Assembly: GCA_964255285.1 (NCBI GenBank)
Contig: CAXUUL010000078.1
Span: 1-35,915 of the forward strand
Source of the DNA: Ionaspis alba
Taxonomy: Eukaryota
Direction: 5' to 3'
Length of the DNA stretch: 35,915 nucleotides
Shown here: piece by piece, positions 13,536-23,948 of the stretch
Layout of the letters: each line of letters begins with the position of its first letter
How positions within the stretch are numbered: position 1 is the stretch's first letter
Made by a program: the position numbers and the translations under genes
Notes under the pieces: generated by a model
What the model saw: the letters and a program-made list of their open reading frames with translations, nothing else
Databases searched by the model: none
Told to the model about the DNA's origin: nothing

Positions 13536-14548
13536 ATGGCACGAACACCCGTATATTTCTTAAGTCATGGTGGAGTGAGTGCGCAATGCTACCTTATTGA
13601 ATATCCATTGGCGCTATGCCCTAGCTAACGTGTTTGAGAAGCCCAATATTATGTACGATTTCGAGCATCCGGCACACATAAAATTGCGAGAAATCGGCAA
13701 AGAAGTCACGTCAAGAGTGCAGCCGAAAGGCATCGTTGTCTTTTCAGCACATTGGCAAGGCGGTAAAGATCACGTTGAAGTCAATACCGAGGAAGTGACA
13801 GACTTGATATACGAGTATGTTCTCGGCCTTGTTGACACAAGAGCTCAATAGATAGTCCACTGAATCAGGCGGGCTATCACAGTTTCTATGGATTTCCCAG
13901 CCACTATTACAAAGAGAAATACCCAAACCGGGGTAGTCAAGCGCTGTCGCAGCAGGTGCTATCTCTCCTCGAGGCTGCAGGGATCAATGCGAAAGGTGTT
14001 AGACGAGGGCTGGACCACGGGGTTTGGGCGGGCTTCAAATGTGGTATGTACTTCAGAGTTCATGATTGGAGAGCATGAACTGAACAAGGATTGTAGCCTT
14101 CGACCCGGAAACGAATCCATTGACAGTTCCCATAGTGCAAGTTTCCCTATTCGACTCGGAGAGCCCGCAACAGCATTATCGCCTTGGGAAAGCGTTAGCG
14201 TCGCTCAGGCAGCATGGGATAGTGATAGTAGTGTCAGGGATGGCTGTCCATAACCTGAGAGATTTCCGATTCACAGTAGGAAGCTCAGACCCGTTACCAT
14301 ACACCAGTACTTTCGACGAGGCACTGAAGGAAGCTGTGGAGACGACGCCTGACGATAGGGAATCTGCCATGGTAAGCTTGCTACAGCGGTCCGATGCGAG
14401 GAAGGCACATCCGACGTTCGAGCACCTCCTCCCAATCTTTGTTGGAGGCGGTGCAGCCGGAGAAGATCGAGGTAAGAGGCTCTGGACCATGAAAGAGGGA
14501 AGCATGAGCTGGGCGCAATATAGGTTTGGAGATGTCGTTTCAAGTTGA
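13536..14548 (+). CDS. Extradiol ring-cleavage dioxygenase, class III subunit B (LigB / YgiD / DOPA-dioxygenase-like)
   Basis: Exons 13536-13574, 13642-13814, 13883-14043, 14097-14548; motifs FLSHGGP, SAHW, DLIYDFYGFP, RGLDHGVW, SGMAVHNL, AHPTFEHLLP. Confidence 0.92.
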
Positions 14549-14657
14549 TCACCAGCAAAGTACCAGTAGAGATGAGCCAGCGTAGCAATTTGGTCGACCA
14601 GAACATCTATCTGTGTCCGGCACCGCTGAAATTGAACTGCTGTGTATAAAGGCATGG

Positions 14658-15096
14658 CTAAATGCCCGTTTTGACGAGCTTTGTGACCTTTTCCTCGATC
14701 TCCTTGTCGTTGAGACCTTACACTTAAGATCAGGGCGCGATGCTCCAAACAGGAGAGTATTCGATCACTCACCAGATAAAGACTCCTGCTTCTCCTTCCC
14801 GTGTTCTTGGCCTATTGTTAGCAGCGTGCCATAATATCCGTATATGCTGCTGGCGTACCATATCGAGTAAAGATCCTTGGCTCAATGCCTTTGGCCTCTC
14901 GCATCATGATTGGGGTGTGTGGGTTATTTTTCTTCATGGTCGGATAAGCTCTGGTCAAGAATGATCTGTAGATTTCAGGTCGGAAGCTTTTGAGCAGGGA
15001 AGCTTCTTACCTGGTAGCAGCACTAAGTTCTGAAGTTTGGCAGAAAAGGAATCGGACCTCCTTGAGGGATTGGGTGAAACCGTATTTTCCTGACAT
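14658..15096 (-). CDS. NDUFA2: NADH:ubiquinone oxidoreductase accessory subunit B8/10.5 kDa (NDUFA2 homolog)
   Basis: Not in ORF track. Exons 15096-15011, 14965-14859, 14805-14773, 14716-14658 give MSGKYGFTQSLKEVRFLFCQTSELSAATRSFLTRAYPTMKKNNPHTPIMMREAKGIEPRIFTRYEHGKEKQESLSGLNDKEIEEKVTKLVKTGI*. Confidence 0.93.
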
Positions 15097-15393
15097 TACG
15101 CAGAGTGGATATACAATCAATCGTTGAATATCCAGCCGGCCAATGCGACAGGCTTAAGAGGTAGGTGCGTTAGATGTGAGCGATTGAATGTCCGTTGTTG
15201 CGTAAGTTACCGCTAGTGATGGGTGCACAAGGCACGCAGGAGGGCAGGCATAAAATTTAGCGCAGCCTTATCGGAGATAATGACCAGACCTTCGCATTGA
15301 CTTTCAGTTGGGAATTTGGCCACAACAAATTGTCTCGCAGCCATTTGACCTTTTAAGCGCCTACTTATATCACTTCCCTTGATCAGCCTGGCC

Positions 15394-16075
15394 ATGTCGT
15401 CTCGCGTTGGGTTACGACTTCTTCACAATGCTAGGGTGGCGAGGATACCGGTTCGACGACCATTAGGTCGAAAATTCGTGACTACCGAGGCAGCCCCGGT
15501 GGCACCATCCCAGAGCCTTGCGCATAGATTATGGAATAGTCCTGTCGGTGTCAAGACCGTACACTTTTGGTATGGGACAGCATCCCACTTCCGATAACAC
15601 TGTCGTGCTAATCTGACTCAGGGCTCCAGTCATGAAGGTATTTAAGGACCGATAGCCCAACCCCTTCAATCGACCGAAGCTCATTCCCTGACAGTGGCTT
15701 CTCGTCCTTGCTGGCGTCAGTGATTTTACAAGGCCAGCAGAGAAGCTGTCTCTCACGCAAAACTTGGCGTTGACCGCAACTGGTGCTATATGGACACGAT
15801 GGTGCTTTATCATCAAGCCAAGAAATATCCTGTAAGCAGGCATTACTCTTTTACACAGAGTTGTTTGAGTCTGACAGACACACAGACTAGCTGCCGTGAA
15901 CTTTTTTCTCGGCTGCGTAGGAGTTACGCAAGTTACTCGTATCTTCCTGTATCAGCGAAGTTTGAAGAATGCTACTATTGGTGAAGTGGCCAAGGATGAT
16001 GCCAAAGATATTGCGGAGTCGGCAAAGTCGGCGGCCAAGGACGCCGATTTGAAGCTCAAGAGTACTATGAAATAG
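15394..16075 (+). CDS. MPC2: Mitochondrial pyruvate carrier, MPC2-type subunit
   Basis: Exons 15394-15569, 15622-15637 (16 nt), 15695-15831, 15886-16075; KTVHFWAPVMKW, DFTRPAEKLS, TGAIWTRW, LAAVNFF; Arg-rich presequence-like N-terminus. Confidence 0.93.
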
Positions 16076-16527
16076 TCCGTAGAAGGGGAACACGGAGAGC
16101 GAACGAGATTTTCTTGTACATAGAGACGCAGCTGGATGGACCTGAAATGCAAATACGTGGCGTGCTCATTTAGTGGCTACGCACTGGCCTTGATTTATTG
16201 CTATTGACCTGCCACAAGAATAGCCCATGTCCAGTCCCATCATGGCCAGACTGAACACTACCAACATGAGGGTATGAACAGTGAAAATTCCAGCTCCCAA
16301 CAGTCTATTCCAGCGAAGGAGGCCAAGTTACAGATGTGCCATTCAAGAGCTACATGACAATTTACCTATGTCGTCCCGTAAACCCTACTCTCGTACTACT
16401 GTGTCTCTGACCCAAGCAGCTTCTTTCTTTTTCCGCGCGCTTATTGCCGCCAAGGCTGGATGCGCGTTGTTTTGTTCAGATTCGGACCTTGACGGACTGC
16501 CCATTGTTCATTCTTACCAACACACAA

Positions 16528-17930
16528 ATGGCTGCTACAAGAGAGCGTGTGGGGCGACCTACTCAGTTCCATGGCGTGCCATTGGAAGAGCGTGCTTTTG
16601 ATTCTCAGGGAAATCGATTACCTTGGGCTTTGGAATGGGCGGAGTAAGAATTCTTGCGCTCAACATCCTGAATTGATGCATTATCGCTGACCAGGCACTC
16701 AGCGATCATCCTAACGCTCGACTCCAGAAGCGTCAGCCAGAAGAAAAAGGGTCGTTTGGTAAATCTACAAGGCGAAAAGGCTCATCTCGAGGCACGAGGA
16801 CGCAAACACCTGCGAAGAAGGAGAATCTTACACTCGATGGCTTTGAGGCCGCGTTGGCATACGACGCTCAAAATGAACCACAAAAACAGCTTCCAAGTAC
16901 AGGTCTTAATGTTCCTGATACAACACATCATGTCGGTCCTAGCTTGACCAAGGAACCAATGCAGGTGATGCTATATGGATACTCTCCAGAGACGCAGTGG
17001 GCTGCTATACAATTTTACGAATCCGTATCTGGTGGAATTATCTGTGAGGATTACGAAAGAGTGCCACCCGTTGAGCGCCGGAGATTTCAGAATGGTCTCG
17101 GATATTCCGGTCACATGCGTCCTCGGGCATTGACAAAAGCAGAAAAGGCTTCGGCTATGCAGTACAGAGGCGGCTCATGCTGGATCAAAGTCACCTTTGA
17201 TTCTATAGAGGCTGGTGAACGTGCCATCTACAATTCACCCCATCCGATTCAAGGCCACCTGGTACATGCCCAGGCTTACCGTGGTCAAGCACCCGATATC
17301 GACGAACCCATGCCATTGACCGAAGAGGTCCAAACGCAAGTGCTTCTTGGTGGTGGAAAATCGGACCGCAGACCGCCACAGACCCTGGGAGCTTCGTTCT
17401 CCCTTCCCTCATTGCAAGGACGGGATGTAACCCAAAGAGGCACTACAACATTGCCGAGATCTTTCACGGTCACTGGCAATACTGAGGAGCAACCTATGCA
17501 GCAGCTTTCTGAGGACGCTTCTCTCTCCTCATCTACCGCGTCTTCGGCAACAGCTCTCGGTCCCGAGCAGGCCATGTTACACCACAGAACCTCCACCTCA
17601 CTCTTCACCGAGATCCGATCTCCCGATGCCCGGGAGACTGCCATTGTACAACCATCCAGGCGGCCCAAAACGTTCACACATTTTCCAGACACTCCTCGGA
17701 CGTTACTCAAGCCTGCTGCTGAAGCCTTTCTGCCACAGTCGTCCTGGACAGAAAGACTTTCCCGACAGCTCTCACATAGCGGATGGATACCGGGTGATAT
17801 CATCGGCAACGCTGTGCCCCGTCTCGAAAACGGGGCCTTTGATTGGACAAACGCTAGCTTCTATTGGAAGGTCTGTTATTGGCTCGACACAACATTCGGA
17901 ATGGACTTGTGCGGTATAAAGGAATCTTAG
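16528..17930 (+). CDS. Nup53/35/40-type RRM-like domain protein
   Basis: Exon 16528-16643, intron 16644-16702, then in frame with the 358-aa ORF; VMLYGY...AIQFYE...GGIICEDY and GGSCWIKVTFDS resemble the Nup35-type RRM. Confidence 0.7.
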
Positions 17931-18216
17931 GTTGTTTCCAGGGTTCGAGTACGTTGGAGTTGTGGCTGATCATGTTAAGACATGATCATGGCTTTGGAAG
18001 AAAGATACCAAGTGAGGTCCGTATTGGGGTAATGGAACATTTCTTTTTGGCGATTCATCTAGCTTTCAAAGGGTATTGGGCAACCACCGTGGAGGAATAG
18101 CATAGCGTCGGCGCCTCCAATCGGAAGGTTTTGTCAAGACAGCAGTCAATTAAATAGTTTCTGGACAGTCTCAATTGTCTCTACGAATGCTTGGGGCTGG
18201 ACTTGGCCTAACAAGG

Positions 18217-19015
18217 CTACAACGCCATAGCTACTCCCGAGACACCACCTAACAGCAATCCCAAGAAACCTGCTGTCTTCTTCACAGCCGCAGCAGAACT
18301 GCTTGATGCTGCAGCAGCACTAGTCGCACTCGATGAAGTACTCCCTGTCGAGGTAGTGGTTGCATCTGTGCCATTGGCATTCCTGAATTGGCCGGTGTAT
18401 GGAGCGGTCTTGATACCAGTGCCGTTAGTACATGTTGAGGGGGACGGAGTACCCTTGGTGAAGGTTATGTCGGCACACTAGGTTAAGAATCAATCAATGG
18501 GCTGTCTGACACAGTGGACTGAGGAACCATGACGGAGGACCACATACATTGTATAAGCCGCCACTTGGATCTCCACTCGTGACAACCTGAATCGTAGCAT
18601 TTTGGCCATCCTTGATATTGAGCTCCGAAGGTACGACCTATGCCTCGTAAATTTCACACAGTCTCGTGCTGCCTTGTGGTTCCTCGGATGTACTTACGAC
18701 GTCGCCCATGCAAAAGTCACCAAATCCTTCTTCCTGGAAGGTAGGCATCAGGGTGATGTTGAAGTTTCCGCCCACGTCGTTGCCAAGCCCCAGTAATACC
18801 TGGACGGCCACTCGGTCATGTTGCATGTTCAGCTGGATCGGTCCACCTTTGAGGGGCCATAAGGTCCTGTTGGGACTCGGGTTGTCCTGACCACCACAGG
18901 GAAATTTTGCAAGATCATCCTCGTTGAAGCCTCGAGCAGCTGGGTAATTGAGGAGGAAGTGAGCGGTGGCGAAGGAGAGTAGGCAGGGAAAGAGAAATGC
19001 AGTCGAGTGATGCAT
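18217..19015 (-). CDS. Bim1/X325-like (LPMO-like) GPI-anchored copper-binding protein, 222 aa
   Basis: Exons 19015-18698, 18637-18548, 18477-18217; 18-aa signal peptide ending ATA followed by His1 (HFLLNYP..RG...PCGG), His48, NATIQVVTSGDPSGGLYNCADITF, Ser/Thr/Ala stalk and hydrophobic GPI signal (GFLGLLLGGVSGVAMAL*). Confidence 0.85.
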
Positions 19016-19230
19016 TGTGTAGGATTACACGTGGGTATGTGCAGCGTAAATAAAGGGAGCGACAGTCTCGATTCGTGTTTGCACCTTGGGGTATGCGGAG
19101 AAGCGGAAGCGGAAGTATGAGTGGGAATGGAATTGGGACGATGTTAAAGAAGCTGTGAACCCAATCCAAAGCAGTTCGTGGTGGGAAATGAGTTGATCAA
19201 AGTCTGGATGGTGTGACAAGGGGAATATTG

Positions 19231-19245
19231 GAGCAAACTTGCTCA
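19231..19245. promoter_or_regulatory. Candidate copper-response element pair (Mac1-type CuRE) in inverted orientation
   Basis: GAGCAA-AC-TTGCTC(A) about 215 bp upstream of the Bim1-like ATG; each arm resembles TTTGCTCA. Confidence 0.45.
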
Positions 19246-19726
19246 AACCACGACAAAGAGGCTATCCGAAACCGAGTCGGGGAGCCAAGTTTTTCTCTTA
19301 TAGCTGGTGCACATCATGTGACACGGTGGATGGTAGGTATGAGAGATCTCTAGTAGACTGCAGTGTATCGCAGTGCTCGGGAGCTTCATGCTTCATTTCT
19401 GATGGGGCCGGGCAGAGTACAGGAGAGGTTTCTAGGATAATTGACTAAGCCAACCTTAACCACAGCCAGAGGATGCTTCTACAGTTACGGCTGCAATAGC
19501 TGGATGCGGTCCTATACACGCCAAAATAGTAGACCGAAGATCTCTGCGTCAATAATAATGATAGGTTTCAGCAGGCTTTGACTCTCCTTTTCCCTATGCA
19601 TATTCAATTCTTGAGCCTGTCAGCATTGGGGAGTATTGTGAGATATTTGCATTTGTCCATCATTGCGCCTCGCTATGCATGCCAGTCTACAGAATCGTTC
19701 CGGAGATGCTGTTATAGTGACATAGT

Positions 19727-20321
19727 CTAGTGCTCTTCTCGCGCGACCAGACGACCGACTCCCAATTCACCAATGAAAATGCCAGCAAGGACAGATAGAA
19801 AATAGCCAAGATTCATTGTCATGACCGCCAGCATCCTGCATCATACTGATTAGCAACAATTGTCCAGGAGGAGTTTCGGGAAGAACGCACAGCAGATAAC
19901 TAATCCCAGCCGTCAAGGTCGTGTAGGCGGCTCGTGGAAGATCGATGGAAATCCGCCATGGGGTGAACGCTCTCGTGTGCCTTTTCACAATTCGAACATG
20001 TTCTTCCGACCCTCGCTCTGTTACCAGCACCCCGGTTTTCGCATCGGTGCTTTCGTTCACCAGCTGTTCTGCCCGTGGCTGTCCGCGGACCGTGACGAAC
20101 CTTCGGTTCAGCTCCTTGTCTGACCACTTGCGCTCAAGGAGGACTTTGCCAGCCGACAACACTCGAGAGACAACGGCAAGAAGGACGAGAAAGATGCAAG
20201 TCCCCGCATAAGCACCCGTACTCGAAGGCGTCCAGGCTTTGGAAAACAAGGGTGACGAGGTCGACTGGAAAAATACCATGTCCATGGTCGTGGAAGACGA
20301 GGAGTGAGAATGCGAAGACAT
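19727..20321 (-). CDS. Ctr-family copper transporter
   Basis: Exons 20321-19891, 19835-19727; N-terminal MSSHSHS..TMDMVFF, WTP...YAGTCIFL, TM2 YLLMLAVMTMN (MxxxM), TM3 GIFIG (GxxxG), C-terminal His. Confidence 0.95.
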
Positions 20322-21472
20322 GGTGATATTGTCGCCGGGCTTTGAAGAGGACGGCAAGCCGAGGGTAGTGCTTTTGAGACCTGACTTGATAGATAGATGT
20401 CTTCACAAGGTAGCAAGCGATTCGAAGGCTTCAGTATGCACGCGAGGTACTGCAGGAAGCAGAAAACAAGGCGATTGCATCGAGTATGTGCGAACAGTGG
20501 ACGTATGGGATGATGCTCAAAGAGTGTAGAGAGTAAAAGCAGGGTGGGTCTAGTAGTTGATGTGACCTACGACATGACACGAATTGTGGGACAGCACTTA
20601 GGGAGAAGTCAATTGTGCCGTCACTCGCTCCAGATCAACAATGCCACACAATTTGACGGTTTGAGTGTGTAAGTCTAGATGTAATCCCACAACATCTCTC
20701 GGTTCCTACCTTTCCCGAAGGATGGAGGACAAAGGAAAGAGAGATGTGGCCGCTGTGGCTACAGAAGCCATGGTAGAACCAGATCGTCGTACACTACAAC
20801 AGAGGAAACTGCCTCAATTGCGCGCAAGCGTAGGGCTGCATCCCTGCCAATCCGATGCTGCTTTATTCAGTTTGCTATACTCCGTCACGAGTGAAACTAT
20901 TGCTCGCTTAACGCTTCGCCTGAAATTAAGTCGCAGTTGGAAAAATGGAATGACTTATGCACTAAAGCGGCATCAGTCTGCACTCTTTGTCTGTCTGACT
21001 GTCCCACAATTAGTGACTTTATAATCTTCATATCGAAACGAGGACATTGTAGGCCGCATCAACGGGGGCTATCTATCACACTTCGTGTTCGACAGCCAAT
21101 ACTCGGTGCAATACTCCAACGGGGCCTAGGCCCCTAACAGAAGTGTCATGCACTTCCAGCCGCAAAATTGCTTGTGCGAATCTTGCAGTCTCGATCATTA
21201 CTCTTCGCCTGTCAACGTCTAGAATACTGCTCTTTACCATTCCTAAGTCCAAATTTCCACTTTTCCTGTTCAAAATAGCTCCTGCTTCCTACTTCCTTCT
21301 TTCTTGAGTTCATCGTCAACCTCAGCTTCAAAAGTCATGATGTTGAACATCTCTCTTTTTTGTATGTTCCCTTGATCTGTCGTCCTCAGATCCCATTGAT
21401 CGACTTAGCCACTTGAGCAGTCTTCCAGCAACGTGGAGCTTTGTCTAGGAGAAAGGAGATCTGACTCACATA

Positions 21473-23623
21473 ATGGATATGATGGATATGACTGGAATGG
21501 GCGATGGACCAAACGGTGCACTTACCTTGGCCCAAGCGAAAACCACGTACTGGGCTTTTGTGGGAGCTGCTCTCGGCGTGGCGGTCGTGGTCAACATCCT
21601 GAATCAGATTGTTAATCGCCAAAGACTTCGCGCTGTCAGCCATGGTACGCCCCAGCCCGCTAAGCCCATCGGCTTCCTACCTACGGCCCTGGCAACGACG
21701 ACTGCCATTGCGCGAGAAGTAGGTTATGCACGAGTCACTTTCAAAATCATCCGACGGTATCGATTACAGTCGCCCGTTCTCGGACACACCGTCATCGTCC
21801 TTTTGGATCTTACTCTTGTATTGGCCCTTTCGTTCTACGGACTCGACCCCCAAGATGAATGGCAATGGGAGCAGATCGCCTACAGGATCGGCCACGTTGC
21901 CACCGCTCAGTTGCCCTTGATATTTGTTCTTGCGGGCAAAAACAATATCATTGGAGGGATCGTTGGATGTGGCTATGAGAGACTGAATTGGCTTCATCGA
22001 TGGACTGCTCGCATACTCCTTCTCACTGTGTCGCTTCATATGGCGTTTTGGTTTGAGGACTGGGCTAGATACGATTACATCAAAGTCAAATTGACGACTG
22101 ATAGCAGGGCCAAGACTGGGTTTGCAGCATGGTGTATTCTCCTCTGGATGGTCCTCAGCTCCCTAGCGCCCTTGCGAAGATGGAATTACGAAATCTTTGT
22201 CGTACAGCATGTTCTATCAATTGGAGGAATCACCGCGGCCATTTATCTCCATCTACCTCAATACCTTAGAGTATGGCTCTGGATCTCGGTAGCCTTTGCC
22301 GTTTTCGACCGGGTCTTGCGATCAGCCATTGTCATCTACTTCAATCTCTCCCTCTTTCATCCCAAAACGAAATCAGGGGCTGGTCTCTGGACATGCAAAG
22401 CAACCCTGGAACCTGTGGAATGCGACGCTACTCGAATAACGATCCACAACCCCCCCATGCATTGGAAAGCTGGTCAGCACGTTTTCTTGTCCTGTCATTC
22501 CGTTGTGCCGCTGCAATCTCATCCTTTCACGATATCTTCACTTCCCAAAGATGGCAAAATGGTATTTTTGGTCAAATCTCGGAAAGGAGGAACGAAAAAA
22601 TTCTTCAGCTATTCGCAGACACGCAGCGTTCTTCCGGTAACAAGGACAGACGCCACAACAAATCGTAGCCAACAGATCGCCATTATTGAAGGTCCATACG
22701 GTCAAACCAGGTCCATGCGCCAATTCGACAGTGTGATTTTCTTTGCTGGAAGTACCGGAATCACCTTCACACTCCCTCTGATGAGGGATATAGTTGCTTC
22801 ATGGCTGCAAAACTCCAGCGGCCAAGCACAACCGGGCGGCGCACCTCGACCTTCACCTGCACCTGTCGTGACTAGGTGTATTCGTTTCGTATGGGTGATC
22901 AAGTCACGAAAGCAATTATCATGGTACAGTACGCAGCTAACCGAGGCCGTGGATGACGTGACGCGTCTGAGGAGCGAAGGCCACGAAGTCGAGCTTGAAA
23001 TCAGCATTTACACCACGTGCGATGAGGAATTAGAGATGGTCGATACCAACTCCGGAGCCGGCGCTGTGGCAACAGAAGTGAAGAGAGTTTCATCCGAAAG
23101 GGACGTCTCAGAGAAATTGGCCGCAGCACAAGTAACTGTGACGGATTTGAAGCTGCGACGAGGTCCTGGAGCATCCACCGTCCAAACATGTGGACCTAAC
23201 GGCTCTTGTTGCTGTACGAATATTGTCGAGGACGAGGATGAACAATCCGACTCGGTTGTGAAGTGCGAGTGTCGCTGTGAAAAGTTGGAGAAGGAAATAA
23301 AGGAGAAGGACGTTGATCAGGACTCTCGGCATCAGTCGCTAACGGCAACTCAACGCTCTCCGGACAAGTTCCAAATTATGACCTCCTCTACTAGTGACGA
23401 ATCGGCCGTGCTCAGAATATTTTCTGGACGGCCGCATCCGAGGAGTATAATCCGTAAGGTACTAGAGCAGGCTCTGGGTGAGAGTGGCGTTGTGGTCTGT
23501 GGTCCGGAAGGTCTCGTCGACGATGTAAGGGCAAGTGTGGTCGCTCTAAGTGACGAAAGGGCGATTCATAAGGGTACAGGAGCTCAGGGAGTCTATTTGC
23601 ATACGGAGGCATTTGGCTATTGA
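21473..23623 (+). CDS. Ferric/cupric reductase (FRE family, Fre7-like), intronless
   Basis: 716 aa; heme His pairs (WLHRW..SLHM; VQHV..YLHL), FAD motif HPFTI, NADPH motifs EGPYG, AGSTG, VCGP, terminal EAFGY. Confidence 0.95.
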   Translation: MDMMDMTGMGDGPNGALTLAQAKTTYWAFVGAALGVAVVVNILNQIVNRQRLRAVSHGTPQPAKPIGFLPTALATTTAIAREVGYARVTFKIIRRYRLQSPVLGHTVIVLLDLTLVLALSFYGLDPQDEWQWEQIAYRIGHVATAQLPLIFVLAGKNNIIGGIVGCGYERLNWLHRWTARILLLTVSLHMAFWFEDWARYDYIKVKLTTDSRAKTGFAAWCILLWMVLSSLAPLRRWNYEIFVVQHVLSIGGITAAIYLHLPQYLRVWLWISVAFAVFDRVLRSAIVIYFNLSLFHPKTKSGAGLWTCKATLEPVECDATRITIHNPPMHWKAGQHVFLSCHSVVPLQSHPFTISSLPKDGKMVFLVKSRKGGTKKFFSYSQTRSVLPVTRTDATTNRSQQIAIIEGPYGQTRSMRQFDSVIFFAGSTGITFTLPLMRDIVASWLQNSSGQAQPGGAPRPSPAPVVTRCIRFVWVIKSRKQLSWYSTQLTEAVDDVTRLRSEGHEVELEISIYTTCDEELEMVDTNSGAGAVATEVKRVSSERDVSEKLAAAQVTVTDLKLRRGPGASTVQTCGPNGSCCCTNIVEDEDEQSDSVVKCECRCEKLEKEIKEKDVDQDSRHQSLTATQRSPDKFQIMTSSTSDESAVLRIFSGRPHPRSIIRKVLEQALGESGVVVCGPEGLVDDVRASVVALSDERAIHKGTGAQGVYLHTEAFGY

Positions 23624-23948
23624 TTTTGACAATTTCTTTCTTTATGTAACCATGAAGCTATATACCCCAGCAATGAGAATCAATAGAGCGGTTTCTTCTT
23701 AGAAACGAACATGGGAAGAAGCAGGTACCTGTCTATATCTGCCAGCTCTGTGAGTGACGAAGAGTGCCAGAAGCGACCATAAAAATCAATAAACATCCGA
23801 GGCGAGTCATCCTATTTGACGAAGTTTCGGTCAAGACAGGAAATCCAATACTGGCCGCCCGATGGACTATTTAGAATGAAACGACAGAGTGTCGATGCTG
23901 CCTGTCGTCAATCTCAAGCACGAAACTTCATCGGACTGCCTGCACTAC

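Noticed and set aside
14176..14772. 198-aa antisense ORF
   Set aside because: Shadow of the LigB-like and NDUFA2 genes; the same applies to most other long antisense ORFs in the track
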